64,000 bases of DNA from Octopus bimaculoides (GCF_001194135.2 NC_068982.1:55597940-55661939), one strand, 5' to 3'. Positions 50,935 through 63,945 are shown, numbered from the stretch's first letter. The notes: a model not told the origin generated them from the sequence alone. Numbers and translations: made by a program.

Positions 50935-51520
50935 ATTATTGTCATCATTTAACATCTGTTGTCCATGCTGACATGGGTTAGACGGTTTGATCAGAGCTGT
51001 TGAGCTGAGGGGGATGCACCAGACTCCAGTCTGATTTGGCAAGGTTTCTATGGCTGGATGCCCTTCCTAATGTCAACCACTCCAAGAGTGTAATGGGTGC
51101 ATTTATGTGCTACTGGCATGGGTGCCAGTTGCGTAACACCAGTATCTGCCACGACTATGATTTCACTTGGTTTGATGGGGCTTCTACTCAAGCACAGCAT
51201 ATAGCCAAAGGTCTCAGTCATTTGTCATTGCCTCCATGAGGCCCAACGCTCAAAAGATGCTACATGTGTGCCACCAGCATAGGTGCTAGTTATGTAACAC
51301 TAGCATCAGCCACATTGTCTTCGTGAGGCCCAATGCTCAAAAGATGCTTTTTATGTGCTACCGGCATGAGTGCCAATTGTGTGATGCTACCATCGGCCAC
51401 AACTACGATTTCACTTGGTTTGATGGGTCTTCTTAAATGAGCCATATCGCCAAAGGTCTTGGTCACTAGTCATTGCCTCCATGAGGCCCAACATTCAAAG
51501 ATCATGCTTCATCACCTCAT
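50935..51520 (-). mobile_element. RTE LINE 3' UTR copy with (GAT/GAC)n tail expansion
   Basis: Same family as 46828-47280; tail microsatellite at 50872-50945. Confidence 0.8.
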
Positions 51521-51531
51521 CCCATGTCTTC

Positions 51532-51581
<50 letters not shown>

Positions 51582-51892
51582 ATGTGTGTGCATGTCTTTG
51601 TCTTTAGGTTTGTCTCCCACCATTGCCTGACAACTGATGTCTGTTTCTTCATGTCCCTATAACTTAGCAGTTTGGTGAAAGATACTGACAGAATAAGTGT
51701 CAGGCTTAAAAATAAGTCAATTTTTTTTGACTGAATCCTTCAACGTAGTGCCCCAGTATGGCTGTAATCCAACGACTGAAATACGTAAAAGATAAAAGAA
51801 AAAGACAAAAGTCAAATAGATATTCTGAAGAAACTAATTTATTTTTCAATTTTTCAAATTTGTTTAGATGATGAGTAGAATGATTTCAATCT

Positions 51893-52050
51893 AGGCGGTG
51901 AGCCGGCAGAAACGTTAGCACGCTGGGAGAAATGCTTAGCGGTATTTCGTCTACCACTACATTCTGAGTTCAAATTCCGCAGAGGTTGACTTTGCCTTTC
52001 ATCCTTTCGGGGTCGATTAAATAAGTACCAGTTATGCACTGGGGTCGATA
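51893..52050 (+). mobile_element. SINE family B, young copy
   Basis: AGGCGGTGAGCCGGCAGAAACGTTAGCACGCTGGG...CTTTCGGGGTCGATTAAATAAGTACCAG. Confidence 0.85.
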
Positions 52051-52440
52051 TAATCGACTTAATCTACTTGTCTGTCCTTGTTTGTCCCCTCTGTATGTAG
52101 CCTCTTGTAGGCAGTAAAGAAATAAAAAATAAGAATGGTTTTAATCTGTTGGATCAGATACATGAAACAACTATTTGAAAAGACAGTGGAATGACTATAT
52201 AAAATACAGAGTATTTCTGACAACAAAACACAACATAGAGACATATCTTCAGGGGTAAACAAGGCAGGTAAATGAGTTAAATGGAATCTATTTTGAGATG
52301 ACATTACTGTGCAGCCTTTAACAGATGAAACTTAACAGATGAAAAATGAGAAGGTCAAAGAACTCTGTAATTGGGTAACAGAAATGCTAAAAATAACATT
52401 CCAGGTAGAGGTAGCGTTGGTTATATTTCTAACTAATTAG

Positions 52441-52516
52441 GTTGCATGAACCGACTGATGGCAACTATGTTCACAACTTCAGATGAATCAGCATATTATC
52501 AAACTAATGATTCATT
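52441..52516 (+). CDS. Candidate internal exon (CMNRLMATMFTTSDESAYYQTNDS), unidentified gene
   Basis: Branch-like TTCTAAC plus TAG acceptor, GTGAGT donor, only one open frame. Confidence 0.4.
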
Positions 52517-52809
52517 GTGAGTTTTCCACACAGTTGCTTAATTTTCATTAGGCATAACTGTGTGATAAGAAGCTTGCTTCCCAACTATATGGTTCTGGTG
52601 GTCTGGGCACTGGAGGTGGTGGAGACTTATTTCCCCACTAGCAATATAAACAAGAATACATTTTACACCAGAAGCCAATATGAGAGTTTTCCACATTTTT
52701 TTTTCACTACCACAGTATAGTTTGTTCTAACAGAATATCCACATTTAAGTAGGAATAAAAAATTTGATATTTAATCAAAAGAATTGCCTATAAGCAACTA
52801 TTAAGTCAG

Positions 52810-52923
52810 GGATGATGCCATGAAAAAAAAGAGGTTTGAAGAGAAAGTGACTCAAGTGCACACAGCCAATGAGCTGCAAGTACAGCAAAATATTGATACC
52901 CATCATTCTCATTCACCTTTGGG
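52810..52923 (+). CDS. Candidate internal exon (DDAMKKKRFEEKVTQVHTANELQVQQNIDTHHSHSPL)
   Basis: Open 37 codons ending at a GTGAGT donor; phase-compatible with 52441-52516; weak acceptor. Confidence 0.25.
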
Positions 52924-53133
52924 GTGAGTTGTTTCACTTGGTTTAAAGTATCCAATGTTTTTTAACACTCAGCATCTTAAAGGGACTTTTTCCTCTGATG
53001 CTATCTTGCAGCAAGTGAGTGCATAAACAAAAAACTTATACAGTAAGAATGTGACATTGATGTTTACAGTATCAGAACTGCTTAAAATGTGACCTCGATA
53101 ATGTTTATATTATTAGAGCTGCTTTAAATAATT

Positions 53134-53356
53134 TTAACTCTTTAGCATATCTGGCCATATCTTGCCAAAATATCCAACTTATTTTATGTTCAAACTGGTC
53201 AGATCTGGTTTCTCACAGCCCTAAAATATCATTCTAAAAAATTAATAGCTACCTCATCAAAATCTAAAAGCTACAAGATAAGGCTTGATTAATTCAAAAC
53301 AATGTGAGTAAATAAACATTACTTTTGACAAAATAATGTGATTTGTAAAGAGTTAA
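53134..53356. mobile_element. TTAA MITE (about 210 bp family)
   Basis: TTAACTCTTTAGC...TAAAGAGTTAA. Confidence 0.8.
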
Positions 53357-53774
53357 AAGGAAAGTAATTTTGTAGGTTATGTAATGAGAGATTACAGCTC
53401 TGGTACAGTGGATATGTGGTTAGAATATTAGAGGAAAAGAATTAAAGCAAATTCTTCAAGCTGAGCCAATTGGCAAGAGACCAAAGAGTAGACCACAAGC
53501 AAGATGGTTGGATAATACTCATAGCCTCGGTTAATCAGAACTTTAACCAAACATATTCCAATCAAATGTATCTTCTGTTTTCCTATGTATAGAGTATTGA
53601 CACCTGTTCCCTCTCTCTTTCTTTCTTTCCCTCTCTCTCTCTCTGGATGAGTAACCATGTAACTCCTCTACAGCAAGACATCTGTTTCTGTCACTGTGTC
53701 TCTCTGTCACACTCTAACTGTTCATCATCTGAGACAAGATCACTTCCTCCAATGCCCCCTCTCCTCTCAAAGAT

Positions 53775-54095
53775 TCCTTGTTTGCAAAGTTACTTGGTGA
53801 CCCTGCCAGTGCTGGTGCTGCTTAAAAAGCATCTGGTCCACACTGTAAAGTGGTTGGCATTTGGAAGGGCATCCAGCTCTAAAAACCATGTCGAAACTCA
53901 CCTTGCCTGTACTGGTGCCATGTAGAAAGCACTCAGTCCACTCTGCAGGGTGGTTGGTGTTAGGAAGGGCATCCAGCTGTAAAGCCATGCCAAAACAAAC
54001 ACAGAAGTATGATACAGTCTTCTGCCCGGCCAGGTCCTGTCAAACCACCCAACCCATGCCAGCATGGAAGGAAGGTATTAAATGATGATGATGAT
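53775..54095 (+). mobile_element. RTE LINE 3' tail copy
   Basis: GTTAGGAAGGGCATCCAGCTGTAAAG...CATGCCAGCATGGAAG...ATGATGATGAT. Confidence 0.8.
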
Positions 54096-54256
54096 AATGC
54101 TGAAGTCTTTATTTTCTGGGACTTTATTGTGATTTGAAGGTGACTTGGCTACTAATTCTGGTAAATTGAATGACTACATAGACTTGAATATTTGTTGGCT
54201 CAAATTGTAGCAGGTTATTTGACTGATGTGTAATTGTTTTTTGTTGCGTTAAACAG

Positions 54257-54301
54257 ATGGGATATAAGTCTCCTAGAAGGCCTGTTATCTGTTCTTCATG
54301 T
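54257..54301 (+). CDS. Candidate 45-nt exon; frame ambiguous (WDISLLEGLLSVLH or MGYKSPRRPVICSSC)
   Basis: T-rich tract plus AAACAG acceptor and GTAGGT donor. Confidence 0.3.
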
Positions 54302-54695
54302 GTAGGTTAACTGAAGCAAATAGAATTAGTAGATATCCTGTTGAGAGATATAAAAAGAAGCAACACCTGTTACCAATATGAATTCATGGCCTGTATCTTA
54401 TTCTTTCAGATATTTCCACTCTACAATTTAAAAGATGTGTCCTACCGATATTCTCAGAAGAATATCAGTTGAATATCAATAGGTGCAGATGTGGATGTGT
54501 GTTTAAGAAGGTTGCTTCTCAACCATGTGGTCTTCAGTCCACTGTACAGCACCTTGGGCAAATGTATTCTATAGTCCTAGACAACCAAAGCCTTCTAGAT
54601 AGATTTGGTAGAAGGCAGCTGAAAGACACCTGTTGTGTGTGTATGTGTGTGTGCATGTGCACGTGTGTGCATGCATGCATGCGCGCGCGCGTATA

Positions 54696-54730
<35 letters not shown>

Positions 54731-56074
54731 NNNNNNNNNNNNNNNNNNNNNNNNNNNNNNNNNNNNNNNNNNNNNNNNNNNNNNNNNNNNNNNNNNNNNN
54801 NNNNNNNNNNNNNNNNNNNNNNNNNNNNNNNNNNNNNNNNNNNNNNNNNNNNNNNNNNNNNNNNNNNNNNNNNNNNNNNNNNNNNNNNNNNNNNNNNNNN
54901 NNNNNNNNNNNNNNNNNNNNNNNNNNNNNNNNNNNNNNNNNNNNNNNNNNNNNNNNNNNNNNNNNNNNNNNNNNNNNNNNNNNNNNNNNNNNNNNNNNNN
55001 NNNNNNNNNNNNNNNNNNNNNNNNNNNNNNNNNNNNNNNNNNNNNNNNNNNNNNNNNNNNNNNNNNNNNNNNNNNNNNNNNNNNNNNNNNNNNNNNNNNN
55101 NNNNNNNNNNNNNNNNNNNNNNNNNNNNNNNNNNNNNNNNNNNNNNNNNNNNNNNNNNNNNNNNNNNNNNNNNNNNNNNNNNNNNNNNNNNNNNNNNNNN
55201 NNNNNNNNNNNNNNNNNNNNNNNNNNNNNNNNNNNNNNNNNNNNNNNNNNNNNNNNNNNNNNNNNNNNNNNNNNNNNNNNNNNNNNNNNNNNNNNNNNNN
55301 NNNNNNNNNNNNNNNNNNNNNNNNNNNNNNNNNNNNNNNNNNNNNNNNNNNNNNNNNNNNNNNNNNNNNNNNNNNNNNNNNNNNNNNNNNNNNNNNNNNN
55401 NNNNNNNNNNNNNNGTATATATATATATATAATTCTTTAACAAGAATAGTATTGGTAGTGACTTTGAAGCTGGCCGAAACTTTGAAGTTTTAGACTGCTT
55501 TGAAGTCACTGTATATACATATATAAATAAATAAATAAATAATATATATATATATATATATATTATCCAAAATAGACAGTATTATATATCCAACACGGCT
55601 GATCTTACCAATTAGTTTTGCACAAGGAATGCAATGGAGCGTTAGGTAACAATCCAATTATATAACCTTACACTCATCAGAGTTAGCTGATATGGAATAG
55701 AATATGGTGACTCTGTATATATATATATATGTATGACCTAGTGGTCAGGATGCTGCATGCACAATTGCAAGAGCATGGTTTCATTTCCTAGACCAGGTCG
55801 TGTGTTGTGTTCTCGAGCAAAACACTTCCTCTCACATTTTTCAGTGGTCACTTCAGCACCTGTTTGGGCAACGTTGCTTTGATGGGTGGGAGTGAGCTAA
55901 TGTACAGAATAAACATTCGATCACTATAAACGAATTATTTGTGTAAATCATTTGGCAAATGCTGAACACTCATATGTCATCCTTCAATGGGAGAGTCCAT
56001 CATATGTGTGTGTGTGTATACACCTCTAAACTCCACCTACCAATTTTATCAGTGGTGGAGGAGTTCTAAGCTAC

Positions 56075-56545
56075 AAAGGCAAGAGCAATGACCACATTGC
56101 TTCTATCTGATGATGATGATGAGAAAGTCAAACACACCAACCAGACCATAAAATGTGGCAAAAAATGGAAACCCCAGGAAGTTGTAAAAGAAGCAGGGAC
56201 ATTCTGAAAATACCAGGAGATTGTTAGGTTAGTCTGTCAAGGATGGTAAGGACTTGGAAATTACAGATCCAAGAGGTGGAAAAACATCAATATCAGAAGT
56301 GAGAGCTTATAGTGCAAAAAATATGTGATTCAACAGAAGATGATTGCAGTAGGGCTTGCCCACCAAGGTCAATGGATTTAGTGGGACCAAGCACTCAAGC
56401 ATCCAATGTCCTGGAAGGACCTGTAGAGCACTGACCAGGGAAGATTGTCCTTCCTCCTTTGCAGTATCACTAACCTCTTGTCAACCCCTAACAACCTTAA
56501 AATATGGGACAAAGCAGAAGACCCATCCTGCAAGCAGTGTGAAGT
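56075..56545 (+). mobile_element. HERO-like (RLE) non-LTR retrotransposon remnant
   Basis: KCGKKWKPQEVVKEA...YQEIV...GLG...AHQGQWI*WDQAL..PMSWKDL...RLSF...STPNNLKIWDKAEDPSCKQCE resembles the post-RT region before the CCHC knuckle of HERO-type elements. Confidence 0.7.
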
Positions 56546-56814
56546 AGCTCTGTACTCTATGGTACTGGACGTATTGTAGGAGAATGACAAAAAGTTGATG
56601 GTGAAGAGTGTGCGCTAGCTTTGACAGCATAGTTACATGTTCGTTTTTGCGGGGAGAAGTTGTACATTTAAATTAATTTAAAATTCTTAAACTAAAACTA
56701 ATTTGTTTACAAATTTTTTTCTTACAATATCATCATATAACTTTGATTTTAATTGTTTTCAAAACTAATAATAAAGTGGTTCATTGTACAATGAGGTTAT
56801 AGAACATTTTATGT

Positions 56815-57195
56815 CTCCTTGTTGTTGTTGGCACTCCGTCGCTTACGACGTTGAGGGTTCCAGTTGATCCAATCAACGGAACAGCCTGCTCGTGAAATTA
56901 ATGTGCAAGTGGCTGAGCACTCCACAGACACGTGTACCCTTAACGTAGTTCTCAGGGGAGATTCAGCGTGACACAGTGTGACAAGGCTGACCCTTTGAAT
57001 TACAGGTACAACAGAAACAGGAAGTAAGAGTGAGAGAAAGTTGTGGTGAAAGAGTACAGCAGGGTTTGCCACTATCCCCTGCCAGAACCTCGTGGAGCTT
57101 TAGGTGTTTTTGCTCAATAAACACTTACAACGCCCGGTCTGGGAATCGAAACCGCGAGTCCACTGCCCTAACCACTGGGCCATTGCGCCTCCACA
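56815..57195 (-). mobile_element. SINE family C, full length
   Basis: Reverse complement of 39262-39645. Confidence 0.9.
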
Positions 57196-58984
57196 TTATG
57201 TCTCCAAGATGAATAGAACTTACATATAAGTAATTTAAGTAAGTAAAATTATATGGTTTTTTATTTTTCAGTATGTGCACATAAGAAAATTATGGCTTAT
57301 TTTAGAATGCTTACAATTTATAGGGTATTATTAATTCAGTTTACTTTAGTGCCATAAATCTGTATCCCAATTGAATTAAGTTTACATTATTTACATTTTG
57401 AATAGAAATACACAGTTTGTATGCCTAATTTGAGTAATACTAATGTTAGCCATAGTATGGTCAGTCTGGCAGCACACCCAATGACAACAACCACCATATA
57501 CCACTGCTATTGACATCAACTCAACCAAATCCATATGTTGGTGATACATGTACAAAAATATACTTATTGTTACACATGTATTAAGTGCATGAGAAACACT
57601 TAATACTTGGATTAACCACCAGTTTATCACATGGTTATCCTTTGGGAAATTTTGAATCCTGTTCTCCCATAGTCTGATTTTAGTTCACTATGTCTTCACA
57701 TGATAACTATTTTTCAGTTAGATTAACTGAACCATGAAGGGTTCAGTAACTTTTTCAAGATGCACCACAGTTAAGCCATTGCATATTTGGCATCTTGGCA
57801 AATATCCTTATAACTTTGTCTACAAGCAATTCTATAAATATGATTGAGAAAAGGCCTAATTACAAGACGTTTCATTGAGAAGCATTGCTAATATTACTGT
57901 AATGGATGAATGATTTACCTTGCATAAGTATGCAAGAGTATTTTCTTCAATTTGCGTAAGTATGCATGAGTATTTTCTTCAATCGAGTGGAGAGTTGCTT
58001 AAAATCAGCCACAAAATATAAGATTGTGCTATAGATAAACACTCTTGAGGATAAATTATATTTGAAGAGTAACCAATTATAAGTGTATGTAAAGAATGGA
58101 AAAGCTTATGAAAGAGTTACTGAACAGAGTATGTATATCCACACCTGTTGCTTAATTATGGAACAATCACAACCTTTTATGAAAGAATGGATGTATATTT
58201 CTTATAAATTATCTGAAGATACTTAATGTTATATATAGAGACATTTGGCATTAAATATCATCAAAATTTATTATCATGGTATTTAATCAATAGATTTCTC
58301 TTATAAACTTAATTGAGTAGATTACTTGGTTGTTAAGTAGAAATTGGTGTTTACAACTGAAGAACTATAAAAACCAAAACCATTGAGTTGAGTGTTACTT
58401 ATGTCAACTGATCAAACTATGTTTAAGTCTGATAACTGATAAACAAATGAAATACAAATAAAATAAAATAAAATGTGTTTGTGTGTGTGAGAGAGCAAGA
58501 GAGAGAAAAAGAGAAAGTGAGAGGCCAAAATGTATGAAGAAAAACATAGAACAAAAAGAAACAGCATAGAAGTGGGAAATCAATCACTTGATAGAAAGTC
58601 AAGTGAACTACAGAGAAAAATCAAAGTGAAGTAAAACTGAAGAAGTGGGCCTATTTAGAAGAATTGGTTATATACAACAGAAATGAAAGGAGATTAAAGA
58701 GAATGGGCTAGTGGGAGAAATAAAAGGGAAAAGGTCACTTGGGAGAAGCAGTGTAAAGTAAGAGTAAAAGACATCTGATACAAAATCTGTCTATCTGTCT
58801 GTCTTCCTCCCTTGTGTCTTTATATTATTTCAAACAATTATAAAGAATACGGAGACTGGTACATCATCAAATCAAAAAAAAAATTTTACACTCACTTTAT
58901 AGACATATATACTGTAGATAGGTTTATTTGCCAACATAACATGGCAGTCCTGCATAGGACTATGTTACTACTTTTTAACCCCAG

Positions 58985-59041
58985 GAAAACATCTTTTCCA
59001 GCTGGTTATCATGGACACATGATCTGTGTCCGAGACATACT
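58985..59041 (+). CDS. Candidate 57-nt exon; frame ambiguous (KTSFPAGYHGHMICVRDI or ENIFSSWLSWTHDLCPRHT)
   Basis: CTTTTTAACCCCAG acceptor and GTAAGT donor. Confidence 0.35.
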
Positions 59042-59269
59042 GTAAGTAAGGGGGCTTACTACACCCTTCTAGCCATTAGCAGTACCAGCAGACCAATGGT
59101 TTCTGAATAATTTCCCATCTTCAGTACTGGACAACCACCTGACCTTACAGTATATACTTATCAAAGTGTATACGTATATATAATTTGTATGTATTCATAT
59201 TGTTATCCACCCAGACTTTAATATGATAGAAAATATATCTGGATGTTGGTAAAGTGGTATTAATAAAGT

Positions 59270-59535
59270 CTATATATAAAAAGCATTGGTATGGATGCTG
59301 GTGCCACATAAAAAACACTGATGATACTGGTGCCACATAAAGAATACTGGTGATGGTGCCATATAAAAAGCATCCAGTATACTATAAAGTGATTGGTGTT
59401 AGGAATGGTGTCCAGCTGTAGAAACCAAGCTAAAACAGACTATGGAACTTGGTGTAGCCCCTGGCCTTGCCAATTCTTGTCAAGCCATCCAAACCATGCT
59501 ATCATGGAAAATGGATGTTAAATTGATAATGATGA
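59270..59535 (+). mobile_element. RTE LINE 3' tail copy
   Basis: GGTGCCACATAAAA repeats...CCAGCTGTAGAAACC...GGAAAATGGATGTTAAATTGATAATGATG. Confidence 0.75.
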
Positions 59536-60277
59536 TATATATATTTGTGTGTGTATGTGTGTGTGTGCATGCGCATATGCGTGCATGTGTGTACATGCTT
59601 ATGTGGACTCAACAAGCCACATCACAGGCTGCATATCTAAGTAACTCTGAAGAAATGATACAGATAGAGGGGACTCTTCTTTAGTGTTCCTCATATGGGC
59701 AACCTTTCCACTGCCAAAGGCATGATAAAATGCATCCAGAATACTCTGTAAAGTGATTCGTGATAAGAAAGGTTATAGAAAGGCATTCAGTTACAGAAAA
59801 CAGGCTAAAATGAAATTTGTGGGTTACCTGTTTAGGAGGGCAGTCTGAATATGAACTGATTCAGGGGTAGAGGGGATCCTTTAGGTCAACTAACATTGTA
59901 CAACTTTTCAAGTGTTGGTGGCATAATAAAATGCATTGAGTTCACACTGTAAGATATAATCTATACTAGGGTGTATTTTTTGTCTTGCGTTTAAGATGAC
60001 ATGGACTGTGACAGCTTATGCTAGCAGTGATAAGTAGACCTAAGAATGATGATGATGAAATATATATGTATGTACATAGGTCAGCCCCAACCAAAATGGA
60101 TTTGATACTTATATCAACAGCTATGGCTTAATCCCCTTATTTCATGATAAGAGCTATGTGCCCAAAATGGCATAAGACTAAAATAAATTCCAGTTGTTTT
60201 ATAAACCACCCCATTAACTTTTAAAGGCTTCTTTTATCCAAATTTCAAATTTACAATACTTTATGCATTTTCTCAAG

Positions 60278-60630
60278 GGGCCTACCAAACGATCTGAAGG
60301 ACCACTTTTATGATACCCTTCTACAGGCCACCTCAAAGACAAGTGGCAATGACCTCATCTTTGCGGCCGGAGATATTAATGGGCATGTAGGACGGCATTC
60401 CAGTATCTTACATGGTGTTCACAGGGGCCATGGAATTGGTTCCTGAAGTGAAGAGGGAACTAGGCTACTTGAGTTCTGTGATGCATGCAACCTATTAATC
60501 TGCAACACTAACTTCAGGAAGCCAGACAGCCACCTGATAACTTATCAAAAAACTTTTGACAGGGTCCCCCAATCCCTTATCTGGTGGGCAATGCAGAAAC
60601 TGGGAATTGATGAGTGGTTAATAAGAGAAT
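60278..60630 (+). mobile_element. RTE fragment: APE endonuclease joined directly to RT by internal deletion
   Basis: GLPNDLKDHFYD.L...AGDINGHVG...GTRLLEFCDACNLLICNTNFRKPDSHLITY, then KTFDRVPQSLIWWAMQKLGIDEWLIR. Confidence 0.85.
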
Positions 60631-61599
60631 GATAGAATGTGCAGCATGAGTTCAGACAAGCCTGAAGTATTGCATAACATGTCAAAGGATCATGATTTAT
60701 AAACTGTTGCTATCTGAATAATCCACTAGTTACTTCTCCTACATAGATCTATTCAAACAGATATGCGTGTCTCCTCCTCCCGTCTTCCCCCTCCCCTCCC
60801 CTTCCTCCAACACCACTACCACTACTAGCAGCAGCACTAGCGCCGCCACCACAACACATCATCATCATCGTCAGTAACAAGAAACAATAACACCAACAAC
60901 ATGTATTTTTCAAGCATACCAAGTAGAATGGACAAACTACCTGTAAGTTGCACTGCAATAACATACTGCCAAAAATACAGGTTTATATTCCAGGATCACA
61001 TTTCAGGAGTGTTAAAGTACAACTGTTTTGATGTATGGTGGTTTCAGTCAAGTGATATTTCCAAGACATCTGTCATTATTCTGTATTTAAGATACGGTCT
61101 TTCCTTTCAGTTCTAACACATGTTGGATATTGGTTTCAAATTGTGGCACAAGGCCAATATTTCAGGGAGGGGGAGTAAGTTGGTTACAATGACCTCAGTG
61201 CTCAACTGGTAATTATTTTATCGACTCTGAAATGATAAAAGTCAAATTTGAACTCTGAACGTAAAGACGAGTGAAATGCTGCTAAGCATTTTGCCCGGTG
61301 TACTAACAATTTTGCTAGCTTTCTACCTTAAACACATATAAGATATTAACACATCTAAAATACAAAAAATGTTTAGGAAGGGATTCTAGGTAATATGACA
61401 AAAATGGGATTAGGAAGGGATTCTAGGTAATATGACAAAATGATAGCAGTAGCCTTCTATACTACAAACATGCAAAACATCTTATCTCTTTTATATTTTA
61501 CTTGTTTCAGTCATTGGATTATGGCTATGCTAGGGAACGGGCTTGAAGAATTTAGTTGAGTTGAGACCTGCCCACCCCAACAGAAATAAGATGCTAAAA

Positions 61600-61870
61600 T
61601 CAAGGTACGACATAAAAAACATTGGTGTGGGTGCTGGTGCCATGTAAAAAGCATTGGTGATGGTGTCACATGAAATCACTGGTGCTAGTGCCACGTAAAA
61701 AGCACCTAGTACACTCTGCAAAGTGGTTGGCATGAGGAAGGGCACCCAACTGTAGAAACCAAGACTAAACAGGCTATGGAACCTGGTGTGTCCTCTGGCC
61801 TTGTCAGTTCTTGTTAAGCTGTCCACCCATGCCAGCATGGAAAATGGACATTAATGTTGATGATGATAAT
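61600..61870 (+). mobile_element. RTE LINE 3' tail copy
   Basis: GTGCCACGTAAAAAGCACC...CATGCCAGCATGGAAAATGGACATTAATGTTGATGATGAT. Confidence 0.8.
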
Positions 61871-61874
61871 AATG

Positions 61875-62185
61875 GAACTCAGTACTTATTTTAAAGTCTG
61901 GTACTTATTCTAGTGGTCTCTTTTGCCAAATTGGTAAGTTATTGGACATACAGAAACCAACACCATTTGTTGAGTGGCAGTGGTGAGGACAGACAGACAC
62001 ACAGACATACACACACACACAATAGGCTTCTTTTGGTTTCCAGCTACCAAATTCACTGACAAGGCTTTGGTTGGCCTGGGGGGGCTATAAAAAAACAAGA
62101 CACTTACCCAAGGTGCCACCTAGTGGGACAGAACCAAGAACAATGTGGTTGGGAAGCAAACTTCTTACTACACAGACATGCTGTA
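61875..62185 (-). mobile_element. SINE family A
   Basis: Homologous to 26505-26865. Confidence 0.8.
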
Positions 62186-63609
62186 GACTATTAACTCATC
62201 GAAAGTACAAAAACGTTCAGGAAGAAGCAGTAATATGCTTAAACAGGTGATAAAAATAGCCTTCTATACAACCCATACGTAAAATACAAATATATAAATA
62301 AAATTTAATTAATTATTTAGACATTTATTTATTTGTGTAATTGCTTTATAATTCTACCTGTCTACACTTTCGTTTTGTGAAAATCTAGAGTAAAGACTTA
62401 AAAAAAGTAAGATTGCTTTGCTAATGTGATATCAGGTAAACTTGAAAGGAATGTCATAGAATAATGAAAGCAGGAAGACCATTATATATACCGTAGAATA
62501 TACAGATTCTGAAGATAAAGTGATATCTTTGAAGAATCTTGAATTTACTGGTAGCATCTTACCACATATGAGAATAGCATTCTTTAACGTGACTGAGAAA
62601 ATGAGTAGGTTCTTTTCATTTGTTTTTTTAATTACAAAACCAAGTTTTATATGTATTTGTGTGATTATATATGTATGTATGTGTGTGTATGTATGTATGT
62701 TTGTGTGTGTGTATANNNNNNNNNNNNNNNNNNNNNNNNNNNNNNNNNNNNNNNNNNNNNNNNNNNNNNNNNNNNNNNNNNNNNNNNNNNNNNNNNNNNN
62801 NNNNNNNNNNNNNNNNNNNNNNNNNNNNNNNNNNNNNNNNNNNNNNNNNNNNNNNNNNNNNNNNNNNNNNNNNNNNNNNNNNNNNNNNNNNNNNNNNNNN
62901 NNNNNNNNNNNNNNNNNNNNNNNNNNNNNNNNNNNNNNNNNNNNNNNNNNNNNNNNNNNNNNNNNNNNNNNNNNNNNNNNNNNNNNNNNNNNNNNNNNNN
63001 NNNNNNNNNNNNNNNNNNNNNNNNNNNNNNNNNNNNNNNNNNNNNNNNNNNNNNNNNNNNNNNNNNNNNNNNNNNNNNNNNNNNNNNNNNNNNNNNNNNN
63101 NNNNNNNNNNNNNNNNNNNNNNNNNNNNNNNNNNNNNNNNNNNNNNNNNNNNNNNNNNNNNNNNNNNNNNNNNNNNNNNNNNNNNNNNNNNNNNNNNNNN
63201 NNNNNNNNNNNNNNNNNNNNNNNNNNNNNNNNNNNNNNNNNNNNNNNNNNNNNNNNNNNNNNNNNNNNNNNNNNNNNNNNNNNNNNNNNNNNNNNNNNNN
63301 NNNNNNNNNNNNNNNNNNNNNNNNNTCCACTACCACCACCACCACCACCACACAATATTATATATATTATAGTACATTTGCAACTAATATTCTGAACTAA
63401 GTAAAGAGGGTGCAATACTTTAAGCAGAATGAGTATATTAGATCACAGTTAAGTTGAATGCTTTTCCATTACTTCAAGATTCATTCTAAAACAAATAGAA
63501 ATCTTCAGGTGATAAATCAACAACCAATGCAAACAGTTTCTTCATTAGAGCCCAGTGTTACAAGACAGCATACTGTAAACTTCTGATAGCTCAATCCAGC
63601 TTTATTGGT

Positions 63610-63945
63610 CATCATCATCATCATCATCATCGTTTAACGTCCGCTTTCCATGCTAGCATGGGCTGGATGATTTGACTGAGGACTGGTGAGCCGGATGGCT
63701 ACACCAGTCTCCAATCTGATCTGGCAGAGTTTCTACGGCTGGATGCCCTTCCTAATGCCAACCACTCCGAGAGTGTAGTGGGTGCTTTTACGTGCCACCA
63801 GCACGAAGGCCAGTCAGGCAGTATTGGCAATGGCCACGCTCAAAATGGTGTATTTTACATGCTACCTGCACAGGAGCCAGTCCAGCGGCACTGGCAACGA
63901 CCTCGCTCGAATGTCTTTTCACGTGCCACCGGCACAAGTACCAGG
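63610..63945 (-). mobile_element. RTE LINE 3' UTR copy (young)
   Basis: (CAT)7-CGTTTAACGTCCGCTTTCCATGCTAGC...; close to 12519-12960 and 33059-33415. Confidence 0.9.

Noticed and set aside
46100-63415. Long ORFs (187-327 aa) in the ORF track at 46.1-46.8, 54.5-55.5 and 62.4-63.4 kb
   Set aside because: They are reads through N gaps and dinucleotide repeats.
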